A DNA stretch of 28,586 bases from the IMG/VR virus record IMGVR_UViG_3300020043_002719, positions 1 to 28,586 of that record; one strand, written 5' to 3'. Each line of letters starts with the position of its first letter. Position 1 is the first letter of the stretch. The stretch is from a virus (Duplodnaviria; Caudoviricetes). Positions 9,408 to 18,110 of this stretch are shown piece after piece. The notes under the pieces were generated by a model, which made no database searches, was not told where the DNA came from, and saw only the letters and a program-made list of their open reading frames with translations. Position numbers and translations under genes: made by a program.

Positions 9408-9462
9408 GTACAATTGGTGCTGATTCTTGGGAGTACAGATTTTACCGATCCGCGCCAAATAG

Positions 9463-9510
9463 CGTCAAGATTATTTCTGCTTGACGGTAATACAGTATTA
9501 CCGTAATACT
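9463..9510. promoter_or_regulatory. Capsid-operon promoter region with palindromic operator-like sites
   Basis: TTGACG (9481-9486)-17 nt-TAATAC. Palindromes acggtaatac-a-gtattaccgt (9484-9504) and agtattac-c-gtaatact (9494-9510). Inverted pair cgtcaag/cttgacg (9463-9469/9480-9486). Confidence 0.6.
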
Positions 9511-9555
9511 CCAGTATCGCCTTCGCCAATGGCGTTGAATTGGTGTCCACAAAGC

Positions 9556-10632
9556 ATGAAAGCAACCGATCCATCCATCGCTGGGGATGAAAATCCAGTG
9601 TCAGACAACATCAGTTTTGAGGAGCTTATCGCTCAACGAACTGGAAAAGCTGCTGCCCGAACTGAACCGTCCGAACAATCAACAGAAGAACTAGAATCGT
9701 CAGATGAAGAATCCGAAGAAAACGATGAGCATGCCAGTCAAGAAGACGATGCCGGGTACGACGAAGAAGGTTCCGAAGAAGAGCGCGAAGATGGGCAAGA
9801 TGGGCTGCAAGAAGTAGACCTGTTGAATCTGTCTCCTGAGCAAATCCAGGAGCTTGCGAAATCAGCGAAAAGCCGGTTACTCGATGACCTTGGCAAGACT
9901 CGTAAAGAGAATCGCCAGATCAAAGAGGAGATCGCTCAACTGAAGGAGCAACTCCAAGGACAAGGTCAGAAGACAGTCAAGGAAATCCCAGACTCCGACA
10001 ACCCTTTCCGCGAACTCTCCTCACCGGACGAGATCAAGGCGAAGTACGACGAGATGGAGCGCACCTTGGAAACGACAGACGCACTCCTTGAGGAATACGA
10101 AGACTACGGACCAGATGATCTCATCACGGTAGGTAGCCAAGAGTTTTCCAAGAGGGACATCCGTAAAGCTAACCGGAATGCCCGTGAGGCAATTACCAAG
10201 TACCTACCCGCCCGACACCAGCAATTGGCCAAGGTGGCGCAGTACGAGGCACTTGCCCAGCAGTATTCCGAAGCAGCACGGAAGGAGGTTCCAGAGATCG
10301 AGGACGCAGAGTCCGAAGTTGGAAAGAACTTCCAGAGTCTACTTGCTGATCCGCTAGTTGGTCGAGTCCGAAAAGAAATCCCAGAACTGGGTATGCAGAT
10401 TGAGTACCTGTTGGCACATGCCGCCAGGTCGATCTTTGGGAAGAAATCCAAACCTATCCAAACCGGAGCAGGAACGAAGATGAAGGTGGAACCACCCGCT
10501 TCGCCTGTTGGGTCCGGGGCAGCTAGGTCTGGGAAGAATCCCAAGGGGAAAGTTCAAGATGCTTTCAACAGGTTTGAGAAATCGGGTGCTGTTGAAGATT
10601 GGGTTGCTGCTCGTATCGCCAAACTCCGCTAA
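9556..10632 (+). CDS. Capsid scaffolding protein
   Basis: Highly acidic N-terminal region and coiled coils, directly upstream of the capsid gene. ATG 9556 is preferred over TTG 9481, which lies in the promoter. Confidence 0.8.
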   Translation: MKATDPSIAGDENPVSDNISFEELIAQRTGKAAARTEPSEQSTEELESSDEESEENDEHASQEDDAGYDEEGSEEEREDGQDGLQEVDLLNLSPEQIQELAKSAKSRLLDDLGKTRKENRQIKEEIAQLKEQLQGQGQKTVKEIPDSDNPFRELSSPDEIKAKYDEMERTLETTDALLEEYEDYGPDDLITVGSQEFSKRDIRKANRNAREAITKYLPARHQQLAKVAQYEALAQQYSEAARKEVPEIEDAESEVGKNFQSLLADPLVGRVRKEIPELGMQIEYLLAHAARSIFGKKSKPIQTGAGTKMKVEPPASPVGSGAARSGKNPKGKVQDAFNRFEKSGAVEDWVAARIAKLR

Positions 10633-10655
10633 CAAACTTCTAATCTACTGAAACA

Positions 10656-11645
10656 ATGGCTATTAGTAATACCTACCAACCGTCGGTCCCGACTCAGCCC
10701 ACCTCGGCTGGATCGAATGTCGGCAACCGGGAAGACCTCAGCAATGAGTTGACCCTGCTTGCCCCAGAAGAAACCCCCATCCTGTCGCTTGCTGCGAAGA
10801 GCCGGGCGTCCTCAACCTTCCATGAGTGGGTTGTCGATGGTCTTGCTGCTCCTAGTACTGCTGGTATCAGCGAAGGTCAAGATGTCACCTCGTTCACTGA
10901 CCAATTCTCCGGTCGTGCGCGTCTGGGTGACTACACCCAACTGTTCCGCCGCGACTACTTGGTGTCGAACCTTCAACAAGCTGTGTCTAGCGTTGGTCCC
11001 GCCAACGTGGCGCAAGCCGAAGCGAAGGCGATGCGCGAACTGAAGCGTGACGTTGAGGCCCGTATTTGTAGTTCCTCGGACATGACTGCTGAGAACGGTG
11101 CTGGCACTCCCTATACCTTCCGTGGTCTTGGTTCGTGGATCAGCAACTCGGCTCAAACGACCAATCCGGTTCCTGCTGCGTATCGTACTCCTACTGACTC
11201 AATCGTTTCTAGTTCTTTTACGGAAGACAACTTTAACACGATCCTTAGTTCGATCTTTACGCAGACTGGCGAGATGGGTAATCTTACCCTTGTTGCCAAC
11301 GTGACGCTCCGTAAACTTGTTAGCAACTTTGCTCGCGCCGCTGACCTTACCGGTACTGAGATCTATCGAGTTAATCAAGACGCCGATTCCAAGAAGATCA
11401 CCTTCTCGGTCTCGTTGTACGAAAGCGACTTCGGTCTTGTTAAGGTCATGAACGGAAACCCGGCCTGCATGCCTAGCGGCACTGTTGGTTATGTGCTTGA
11501 TCCCAAGTATATCGGTTTCGCTACCCTCATTCCGATGGGTGCTACCCGACTGGAGAATCAAGGTGGTGGTGAGCGTGGTTACGTTGACATGGCTGGAACG
11601 CTTGTCTGCAAGTCGCCCCTCGCGCACGGCAAAGTTGCGTACTAA
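10656..11645 (+). CDS. Major capsid protein (SU10/DUF5309-like)
   Basis: 329 aa; N-terminal GNREDLS...PEETP, HEWVVD, YTQLF and ELKRDVE motifs recognised from this family; follows the scaffold. Confidence 0.88.
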   Translation: MAISNTYQPSVPTQPTSAGSNVGNREDLSNELTLLAPEETPILSLAAKSRASSTFHEWVVDGLAAPSTAGISEGQDVTSFTDQFSGRARLGDYTQLFRRDYLVSNLQQAVSSVGPANVAQAEAKAMRELKRDVEARICSSSDMTAENGAGTPYTFRGLGSWISNSAQTTNPVPAAYRTPTDSIVSSSFTEDNFNTILSSIFTQTGEMGNLTLVANVTLRKLVSNFARAADLTGTEIYRVNQDADSKKITFSVSLYESDFGLVKVMNGNPACMPSGTVGYVLDPKYIGFATLIPMGATRLENQGGGERGYVDMAGTLVCKSPLAHGKVAY

Positions 11646-11672
11646 TCCGAACCCCAACTAGAAGAAACAGAT

Positions 11673-12104
11673 ATGGCTAAAGTTGCTCAACAAGAATCCT
11701 TCAACGGGTTCACTGATGTATATCGCCTCACTGCCGCTGAGATCACCTCTCTTGGCACTGGGAATCAGAAGACCATTGCACTGCTGCCTGCTGGTGGTGT
11801 TGTGACTGGTGCTGCCGTGTTCGAGATCACAAATTTCGCGGGAACCTCGACCAACCTCACTCTTGATGTTGGTACGACTGTCGCAGACCCAGATGAATTC
11901 ATCGACGCTCTTGACCTCGATGGACTCACGAAGGCTGCGTACAATACCGGCGACGTCCTGATCAATACTGCTGCTGGCTATGTGATCAACAACACCGCGA
12001 GTGCTGTCAACATCGTCCTTGAACCGAACTTCACTGGTACGGTCACGGGTGGCGAGTGGGCGATCTGCCTCACGATCCTTGATCCTGGCAACCTCGTCTC
12101 CTAA
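11673..12104 (+). CDS. Putative capsid decoration/cement protein
   Basis: 143 aa, beta-rich (LPAGGVV, LDVG), lies between the capsid gene and a terminator. Confidence 0.55.
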   Translation: MAKVAQQESFNGFTDVYRLTAAEITSLGTGNQKTIALLPAGGVVTGAAVFEITNFAGTSTNLTLDVGTTVADPDEFIDALDLDGLTKAAYNTGDVLINTAAGYVINNTASAVNIVLEPNFTGTVTGGEWAICLTILDPGNLVS

Positions 12105-12119
12105 TTAGGAACACAATTT

Positions 12120-12160
12120 AGGGGAGCGATCTGGTTTTTCTGGGTCGCTCCCCTTCTTTC
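12120..12160 (+). terminator. Intrinsic terminator after the capsid genes
   Basis: Stem aggggagcgatctgg/ctgggtcgctcccct with G-U pairs, followed by tctttc. Confidence 0.75.
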
Positions 12161-12164
12161 AACC

Positions 12165-12455
12165 ATGCAACTACCTGCCTCTGAAGAAGCAATGACTGCT
12201 GCGCTGATCACTGAGCTTTGCTCTGGTCGCCAGTTCCTTGACTCCCTCCAGAAGTACCGTGAGGCATCCGCTGCACAAATCGCGGCAGACTCGCGGAAAT
12301 ACGCACCAAACAAAAACCTCCGTCATGTGGCGGAAATCCCTCAGCGGGAGTTCTTCCAGATGGCGCACAAATACGGACACGACTGCTGGGCAGACCGTGA
12401 ATTTGTCCGTGACTTTCAACGACTTGAGCCTACCATGGCCGTGCATAAGATCTGA
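12165..12455 (+). CDS. Hypothetical protein (structural module)
   Basis: 96-aa ORF tiling between the terminator and the adaptor gene. Confidence 0.7.
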   Translation: MQLPASEEAMTAALITELCSGRQFLDSLQKYREASAAQIAADSRKYAPNKNLRHVAEIPQREFFQMAHKYGHDCWADREFVRDFQRLEPTMAVHKI

Positions 12456-12457
12456 CG

Positions 12458-13075
12458 ATGCAGACGAAAAGTTACTCCGAACTCTACTCCCTAATTCAGA
12501 GTCTTTGCGGAGTAATCTTCGCAGACATCGAAAAGCCTCGGATTCGTTCCTTGGTAAACCGCCGGGCCGAACGTGCATACCGTGCGTCGAACTACTGGAC
12601 TAGGTTCCTCCACATTGGCGAGGAACGTGATGTGGTCTCTAACGTGATCTCGTTCACCCAGACCGGTAGCGACTCGATTGACACCTTCCTGCGGATCTTT
12701 AAGCAGCAACCGTATCAGTCCTCCTCGGTGCAGGAGTTTGACTTTATGGTGACTTCCGTGGGGGCTACTCTGGTGGCTGGATCGCTTGACCCTACGAGTG
12801 CCTGGGTGACGTACAAGGCGAGGCTGGAGGACACCTACGGAGACCAGACTGGAGACACCACCACGGTTCCCAAGGAGTGGTTTGAGTACATTGCTCCAGG
12901 GACTTACGCCGACTACCTCCGTGCTGAAGGTCAGCAGGAGAAAGCTGCGGTAGCAGACGCTGAGGCGATCGACATCCTCACCGATGAACTCATGCGCCTT
13001 GATGAGCAAGGAACGCAGAACGTGATCTCCAACCGGATTAGCACGAACGCAAACCAACAAATTCGCGGATACTGA
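12458..13075 (+). CDS. Putative head-tail adaptor
   Basis: 205 aa; size, position and helix-beta-helix pattern fit podoviral adaptors (T7 gp11-like). Inference. Confidence 0.6.
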   Translation: MQTKSYSELYSLIQSLCGVIFADIEKPRIRSLVNRRAERAYRASNYWTRFLHIGEERDVVSNVISFTQTGSDSIDTFLRIFKQQPYQSSSVQEFDFMVTSVGATLVAGSLDPTSAWVTYKARLEDTYGDQTGDTTTVPKEWFEYIAPGTYADYLRAEGQQEKAAVADAEAIDILTDELMRLDEQGTQNVISNRISTNANQQIRGY

Positions 13076-13076
13076 G

Positions 13077-14957
13077 ATGTCTTACGCTTTAAGCCTTTCA
13101 CAGAAAATTGGGAACACGCAGAGGCTTGAGCCTTTCCCATCGTTGGACTTTGGATTCAGCACTTCTGGTTATGTGAATGACGGTGGATTCGCAAATCAGC
13201 AATCTGTTGGTAGTTCTAACTTTCTCATCCCGTCTTACAGCGGACCAAACCCAGTCTTCTCCCGTGCCACTGCGGCGACCTTCCGTGGCAGTGACGGGCT
13301 GATCCAGTATGCGCCTGAGAATTTAATTCCGAACTCTGAGTCATTTGACAACTTAACATGGACTAAAGGGAACCTAAATACTACAGGAACCCCATCATGG
13401 ATCAATGTTGAGACTGCCCCCAACGGGCTGAATGTTGCAGATTGTATTTTCGCTAATTCAACTGCATCAGGTCACTATATTAGATATACTGGATTATCTG
13501 GGATACAATCAAACGCAGTTACATTTAGTGTGTTTCTTAAAAAGAATGGGTATGATCGTGCTATTATTTCTGTCTTGTCGGTAACCTCTCCTTTTGAGCA
13601 GTTTAGAATAGATGTAAACTTATTGACAGGTAGTTACTCATCGGCAGCATCTGGAGGGGGCGTATTTATCACTGCTTCAGTCATTGATGTTGGCAACAGT
13701 TGGTTTAGGTGTTCTGTCACAGGTAGTATTGGCACTAAAACTGAACCAACCCCAAATGTAAGCATACTTGAATCTTCTGGTGCTAGTTCTTTCTCGGGAG
13801 ACCCAACCAAAGGCATCTACATCTGGGGCGCACAGCTTGAACGCGCAAGTACTGCTCGTCCCTACATCAGTACGACTACAACGGAACGATATGGCCCTCG
13901 CTTTGAGTACGACGCCAATGGAAACCCGCTAGGCTTGCTCATGGAGGAGCAATCCGCCAACGTGTTTCAGTACTCGGAGCAGTTCAATAACGCATCTTTT
14001 TGGACTCCCACGAACATAACGGTTGCTGCTGACCAAATCACATCTCCATCTGGTCTTTTGACTGCAGATAAGCTCACCACAAGTGGCGCGGCTGCTACGC
14101 AGAGGATTGTGTATAATACAACTCAAACCGGAGTATCCACATACTCGATCTACGTTAAAGCAGGGACAGCATCATTCATCCAAGTTGTAAATGGCTCAAG
14201 TGCAAACGTGTACGCCAATTTCAACGTGTCCACTGGAGTCGCCGGCAACGTTGGTTCATCAGCGACATCATCCATTACAAGTGTTGGAAACGGTTGGTAC
14301 AGATGTGTTGTTTCAGCAACAATTGCATCATCATCAAGTTGGCAATTATACATTGTCCAAAGCAATACTGCCGCTTATGGTGCAGCTTTTTCGGCAACTG
14401 TAGCAAATCTTTATGTCTGGGGCGCACAACTGGAAGCAAAGCCTTTCGCCACAAGCTACATGCCTACCGTTGGTGGGACCAGTACTCGCAATGCTGATGT
14501 TGTAAACTCCACGATTGGTTCTTGGTTTAACCAGACAGAAGGAACTGTGGTCGTCTCTGGCGATAGGAATAACAATCCCACACTTAATTCTTCTGGGCTG
14601 GATTCATTCTTTGAGTTCACTGGCACTGCAAGCTATCTGTTAGTCCATGCCTGTGATGGAACCACTGAAGCTGTCTATGATGCTGCTGGTAGTCCAGCAA
14701 CAACCGTTGGTGTTACGATTGGGTCATTGACTTCTATTGCGGCTTCATATTCAGATACTACGGATTTGCTGCACATCTCCCGTAATGGACTGGCAACTCA
14801 AAGCGGTCCATCAATCGGTCTTGGCGTTGCCCCAACAACGCTTAATGTCGGCTATGCGCCAGTAAGTTTGATCGGATATTGGAATGGACACATTAAGTCA
14901 TTCCGGTATTTCCCGAAAGCCCTTCCTGATAACCTCCAGCGATACTCTGAAGTATGA
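13077..14957 (+). CDS. Fibre/spike protein with two carbohydrate-binding-like repeats and a C-terminal lectin-like domain
   Basis: 626 aa, Ser/Thr/Gly-rich; FSRATAAT and GLLMEEQSAN motifs; repeated N...SE.F...W...W(F/Y)RC...Y.WGAQLE module. Confidence 0.75.
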   Translation: MSYALSLSQKIGNTQRLEPFPSLDFGFSTSGYVNDGGFANQQSVGSSNFLIPSYSGPNPVFSRATAATFRGSDGLIQYAPENLIPNSESFDNLTWTKGNLNTTGTPSWINVETAPNGLNVADCIFANSTASGHYIRYTGLSGIQSNAVTFSVFLKKNGYDRAIISVLSVTSPFEQFRIDVNLLTGSYSSAASGGGVFITASVIDVGNSWFRCSVTGSIGTKTEPTPNVSILESSGASSFSGDPTKGIYIWGAQLERASTARPYISTTTTERYGPRFEYDANGNPLGLLMEEQSANVFQYSEQFNNASFWTPTNITVAADQITSPSGLLTADKLTTSGAAATQRIVYNTTQTGVSTYSIYVKAGTASFIQVVNGSSANVYANFNVSTGVAGNVGSSATSSITSVGNGWYRCVVSATIASSSSWQLYIVQSNTAAYGAAFSATVANLYVWGAQLEAKPFATSYMPTVGGTSTRNADVVNSTIGSWFNQTEGTVVVSGDRNNNPTLNSSGLDSFFEFTGTASYLLVHACDGTTEAVYDAAGSPATTVGVTIGSLTSIAASYSDTTDLLHISRNGLATQSGPSIGLGVAPTTLNVGYAPVSLIGYWNGHIKSFRYFPKALPDNLQRYSEV

Positions 14958-15358
14958 TCTACGGACCAGCAGACTACATTCTGTGTTTTGACAGCCAGTT
15001 AGAAGCGGAACAATTCGCGCTTGCATACGGGTTTGCCACTGTCGGCAAGGACGGCAAGGTCCACACTACGCTCGCTACCCACCAGTACGGTCTGTGCGTT
15101 ATTGGAGAGTGGATGATCCAGACTCCGGGAACGGACGAGAATGGCGACCCTTATCCTTCCACGCCGGATGGGAACTACTGGTGCATCTTCCGCGACCTTG
15201 TTGGGCTTGATGTCCCGGATGCTGGCTTGCAGTACATCGTCTGGGCATCGTGGCAGACAGAGGAGATCCCGGACCCAGAAGACCCATCCAAGACCATTAT
15301 CGTGCCTGTGCCGCGTCCGACAGACGATCCCCTAATCCCGAACACCTGGTGGTTGTGA
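14954..15358 (+). CDS. Fibre-associated hypothetical protein
   Basis: ATGA-coupled to the fibre gene; acidic and Pro-rich with a terminal Trp motif. Confidence 0.65.
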   Translation: MIYGPADYILCFDSQLEAEQFALAYGFATVGKDGKVHTTLATHQYGLCVIGEWMIQTPGTDENGDPYPSTPDGNYWCIFRDLVGLDVPDAGLQYIVWASWQTEEIPDPEDPSKTIIVPVPRPTDDPLIPNTWWL

Positions 15359-15540
15359 ATCATTCTCCGCAGTACATCATTCTAAATGGCTTGACGGGAG
15401 TATCCGCATCGTTCATAGCTTTCACCGCAACATTGATCCAAGGGGTTGAGGCGTGGATTCGCCTTGCCACATCATTCTTGGGGTTGGTCATTGCGATTAT
15501 CACGCTGATCAATCTGGTTAAGAAAAAGACAACCAAATGA
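15355..15540 (+). CDS. Small membrane protein, holin-like
   Basis: GTGA overlap; two hydrophobic segments and a basic tail (KKKTTK). Confidence 0.6.
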   Translation: MNHSPQYIILNGLTGVSASFIAFTATLIQGVEAWIRLATSFLGLVIAIITLINLVKKKTTK

Positions 15541-15698
15541 ACAAAGAACAAACGCTCGGCATCGTCCGACACATCCTCACCTTTGGCGGCGGATTCGTCG
15601 TTGCAAAGGGCTACGGTGATCCTCAACTGGTCACCGAACTCGTTGGTGGGCTAGTCTCCATCATCGGCGCACTGTGGTCTATCCGCAGCAAAAAGTAA
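15537..15698 (+). CDS. Putative holin (Pam3-gp28-like, 53 aa)
   Basis: MNKEQTLGIVRHILTFGGGFVVAKGYGDPQLVTELVGGLVSIIGALWSIRSKK; two TM helices; ATGA overlap. Too short for the supplied ORF track. Confidence 0.75.
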   Translation: MNKEQTLGIVRHILTFGGGFVVAKGYGDPQLVTELVGGLVSIIGALWSIRSKK

Positions 15699-15699
15699 G

Positions 15700-16494
15700 A
15701 TGGTCTCCAAAAACAAGATCGTGATGGTTCTCTCGGACCTTCACGTTGGGTCCACTGTTGGGTTATGGCCGAATGGATTCGTTTCAAACGAGGGGAACCT
15801 GATTGGTCAGAACAAGTTCCAAGAGTGGTTATGGGAGTGCTGGGAGGACATGCTCAAGTGGTCCGACAAGATCATTTCCAAACAACCGTTTGAATTGGTA
15901 CTCAATGGAGACCTTGTGGACGGCATCCACCACAAGACGTTGCAGGTGATGACCCCGGACCCAGGCGATCAGGTCAATGCCGTGAAGGCTGTTCTTGAGC
16001 CTCTGGCGGCATCTGCTGCGCGTTTGCATCTCATCAAGGGTACAGAGTGCCATACGAGAAACGATGAGGTCAGAATCGGTCGTGCGCTCAATGGGTCAAA
16101 AGATCCCTCGACCGGGCAACATGCGTGGGATTCCCTCGACCTACGGGTCAATGGAGTCCTGTACAACTTCATGCACCACATCGGGACCACGGCTCGATCC
16201 TACCTTGAGGCATCTGCCCACAGTATTGCCCTTGGGAACCTATCCCACACCCGTGCTCGGGCTAAACAACCGGTCCCAGACATCATCGTGCGTGGTCACC
16301 GGCATCGTCACGGGATCTGGGATGATGGTAACCAGATGAGCGTCATCACCGGCGCATGGCAGGGACTGACTCGTTACGGTCACAAGGTTGTGCCTGGAGC
16401 GATCTGCCAACCTAGTGCGGTGATCTTTGACCACCGTGGACAGGAGGCAGGAGAACCACCTCTGGTCCATCGGAGAATCTACACAGCAAAATAA
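15700..16494 (+). CDS. Calcineurin-like metallophosphoesterase
   Basis: SDLH, GDLVDG, GTECH (in place of GNHD), HH and GHRH metal-binding motifs. Confidence 0.85.
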   Translation: MVSKNKIVMVLSDLHVGSTVGLWPNGFVSNEGNLIGQNKFQEWLWECWEDMLKWSDKIISKQPFELVLNGDLVDGIHHKTLQVMTPDPGDQVNAVKAVLEPLAASAARLHLIKGTECHTRNDEVRIGRALNGSKDPSTGQHAWDSLDLRVNGVLYNFMHHIGTTARSYLEASAHSIALGNLSHTRARAKQPVPDIIVRGHRHRHGIWDDGNQMSVITGAWQGLTRYGHKVVPGAICQPSAVIFDHRGQEAGEPPLVHRRIYTAK

Positions 16495-16505
16495 CCAACA
16501 CAAAA

Positions 16506-16754
16506 ATGCACAAGAAAATCGGAAGCCAGTCAGCACTTAAACGAGCGTTTGAATCCGTCAAGGACTACAAGGAGATCCAGCCAGACGAGTTTACCTGCGC
16601 GGACTTTGTTAGGTTCTGCGCTGATGGGGGCGTCAAGATCAAGACCAAGACTGCCAATGAGAGGCTGAAAGCGATGGTTGATTCCGGTGAACTTGAGTGC
16701 CGCGAGACCATCGTGAAATCGGTGCGGATGAACGTCTACCGGGAGAAACTCTGA
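16506..16754 (+). CDS. Small winged-helix-like protein
   Basis: 82 aa; EFT..DF...TANERLKAMVDSGEL...NVY pattern; AC-rich leader. Confidence 0.6.
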   Translation: MHKKIGSQSALKRAFESVKDYKEIQPDEFTCADFVRFCADGGVKIKTKTANERLKAMVDSGELECRETIVKSVRMNVYREKL

Positions 16755-16757
16755 CCA

Positions 16758-17345
16758 ATGACTAGCAACTCACGCATCAGAGAGATCCAAAGGAAGATTG
16801 GGGCAGAACCAGATGGGTTCTGGGGGCCAAAGTCTGTCACGGCTTGCCAAAAATATCTCAAAGGAATCTTGGATGAAAGCTACCGGGAGAGTGCAGAGGA
16901 TGCCCCTCCAGCCTCGGACGACAAGTCAATGGTGGCGCACTATGGGGAGTCAGGTGATGAGAAGAACCTGATCTACATACCGACAACCGATCTTGGTCTC
17001 CAGTACGACGGCAAGCCCGTCAAGATGATCCGCATCCACAAGAAAGCCGCAAGGAGCCTTTACCGGGCCTTGGAGGAGGTCTCCAAGAGCGAGTCAAAGT
17101 GGGTACTGAAGGAGTACGCCGGGTGCTACAATAACCGCAAGATGCGAGGTGGTAGACGACCCTCAAAACACGCTTGGGGAGTCGCCATCGACCTTTGCCC
17201 GGACGAGAACATGTTGAACGAGCATTGGCCTACCTCAGCGATAATGCCTTTTGAGGTCATGGAGATCTTCGCCAAGCATGGTTGGATGTCTGCCGGGGCA
17301 TTCTGGTCCAGGGACGCGATGCACTTTGAGCGAACTAGACCGTAG
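16758..17345 (+). CDS. Endolysin: M15-family peptidase with N-terminal peptidoglycan-binding motif
   Basis: IQRKIG..PDGFWGPKS; Zn motifs SKHAWGVAIDL and DAMHFE. Confidence 0.88.
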   Translation: MTSNSRIREIQRKIGAEPDGFWGPKSVTACQKYLKGILDESYRESAEDAPPASDDKSMVAHYGESGDEKNLIYIPTTDLGLQYDGKPVKMIRIHKKAARSLYRALEEVSKSESKWVLKEYAGCYNNRKMRGGRRPSKHAWGVAIDLCPDENMLNEHWPTSAIMPFEVMEIFAKHGWMSAGAFWSRDAMHFERTRP

Positions 17346-17553
17346 TGGTTGGCGTGTCGTACTCGACGTGCCTCCCGTAGTATTCTAGTTCCGCGTCTCT
17401 CCTCGCCTTCACCGCATCCTCCAGGTTCTGGAATTGACCAAGGAACAGGTTCTTCCCGTGCATCTTGATTTGCGCCTCCCACTTGGATCGCTTGCTCTTC
17501 CATGAGACTCCAGTGGTCCCGGAGCGATTGCTTTTGATTGGTTTTTTCCTCAT
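17335..17553 (-). CDS. Stand-alone AP2-domain protein
   Basis: NRSGTTGVSW...KWEAQI...LGQF..LEDAVKARRDAE. Confidence 0.8.
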   Translation of the reverse strand: MRKKPIKSNRSGTTGVSWKSKRSKWEAQIKMHGKNLFLGQFQNLEDAVKARRDAELEYYGRHVEYDTPTTTV

Positions 17554-17558
17554 TGCTT

Positions 17559-18110
17559 TTACCTAAAAGACCCCCAGTTGAAGTGCAGGCCAATCCCGTT
17601 CTCCTTGATCCTATCCACGACAGCAGGGGACAGTGCCTCGATGAACCTCTGCTTGTCGTAGTTGGAGATCAGGATGGTGGGTCTGGCGTCCATGTACCTA
17701 GCGTCGATGATCTGGGTGAGCTTCCGGTCCTCGAAAGGAGTCTCGCCACGCTCTTGGATCTCATCAATGACCAGAAGTGCCGCTTCGGACATGGAGCGTA
17801 TAATCGACTTTTCGGAGACCTCGGAGCGATCACGGAACGTATCACGAAGATCCATGAATAGGTTCACGGCAGTAGTGTAGATCCTAGGTAGATCCTTCTC
17901 GATCCCGGCCTGCTTGTAGGTGGATCGCGGGAACTTGCCGGCAAGCGCAAGCTCATACGCCATGCGGGTTTTGCCTGTCCCGTGACCACCGTACATGACG
18001 ACGATGCCTCCAGCCTGGAGCTTCTCAAGTGCCTTCTGCTGGTACAACAACCACCGATCCCCGGTCGCCTTCTCGCAACCTTTGTAGCGTGTCGGGAATC
18101 CGGTCATCAT
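17559..18110 (-). CDS. DnaC/IstB-like AAA+ ATPase
   Basis: Walker A GGHGTGKT, Walker B LLVIDE, IIDARY...PTILISN, VVDRI. Confidence 0.88.
   Translation of the reverse strand: MMTGFPTRYKGCEKATGDRWLLYQQKALEKLQAGGIVVMYGGHGTGKTRMAYELALAGKFPRSTYKQAGIEKDLPRIYTTAVNLFMDLRDTFRDRSEVSEKSIIRSMSEAALLVIDEIQERGETPFEDRKLTQIIDARYMDARPTILISNYDKQRFIEALSPAVVDRIKENGIGLHFNWGSFR

Noticed and set aside
9314-9574. 86-aa - strand ORF across the intergenic region
   Set aside because: No motif; it overlaps the terminator, the palindromes and the scaffold start. A regulatory or RNA reading explains the sequence better.
2874-13060. Long - strand ORFs opposite structural genes (e.g. 2874-3407, 4128-4676, 5448-5993, 12491-13060)
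   Set aside because: They lie fully antisense to well-supported genes and have no motifs; such shadows are expected from codon bias.
13077-14957. Diversity-generating retroelement targeting the fibre gene
   Set aside because: No reverse transcriptase and no near-identical template/variable repeat pair seen in the window.
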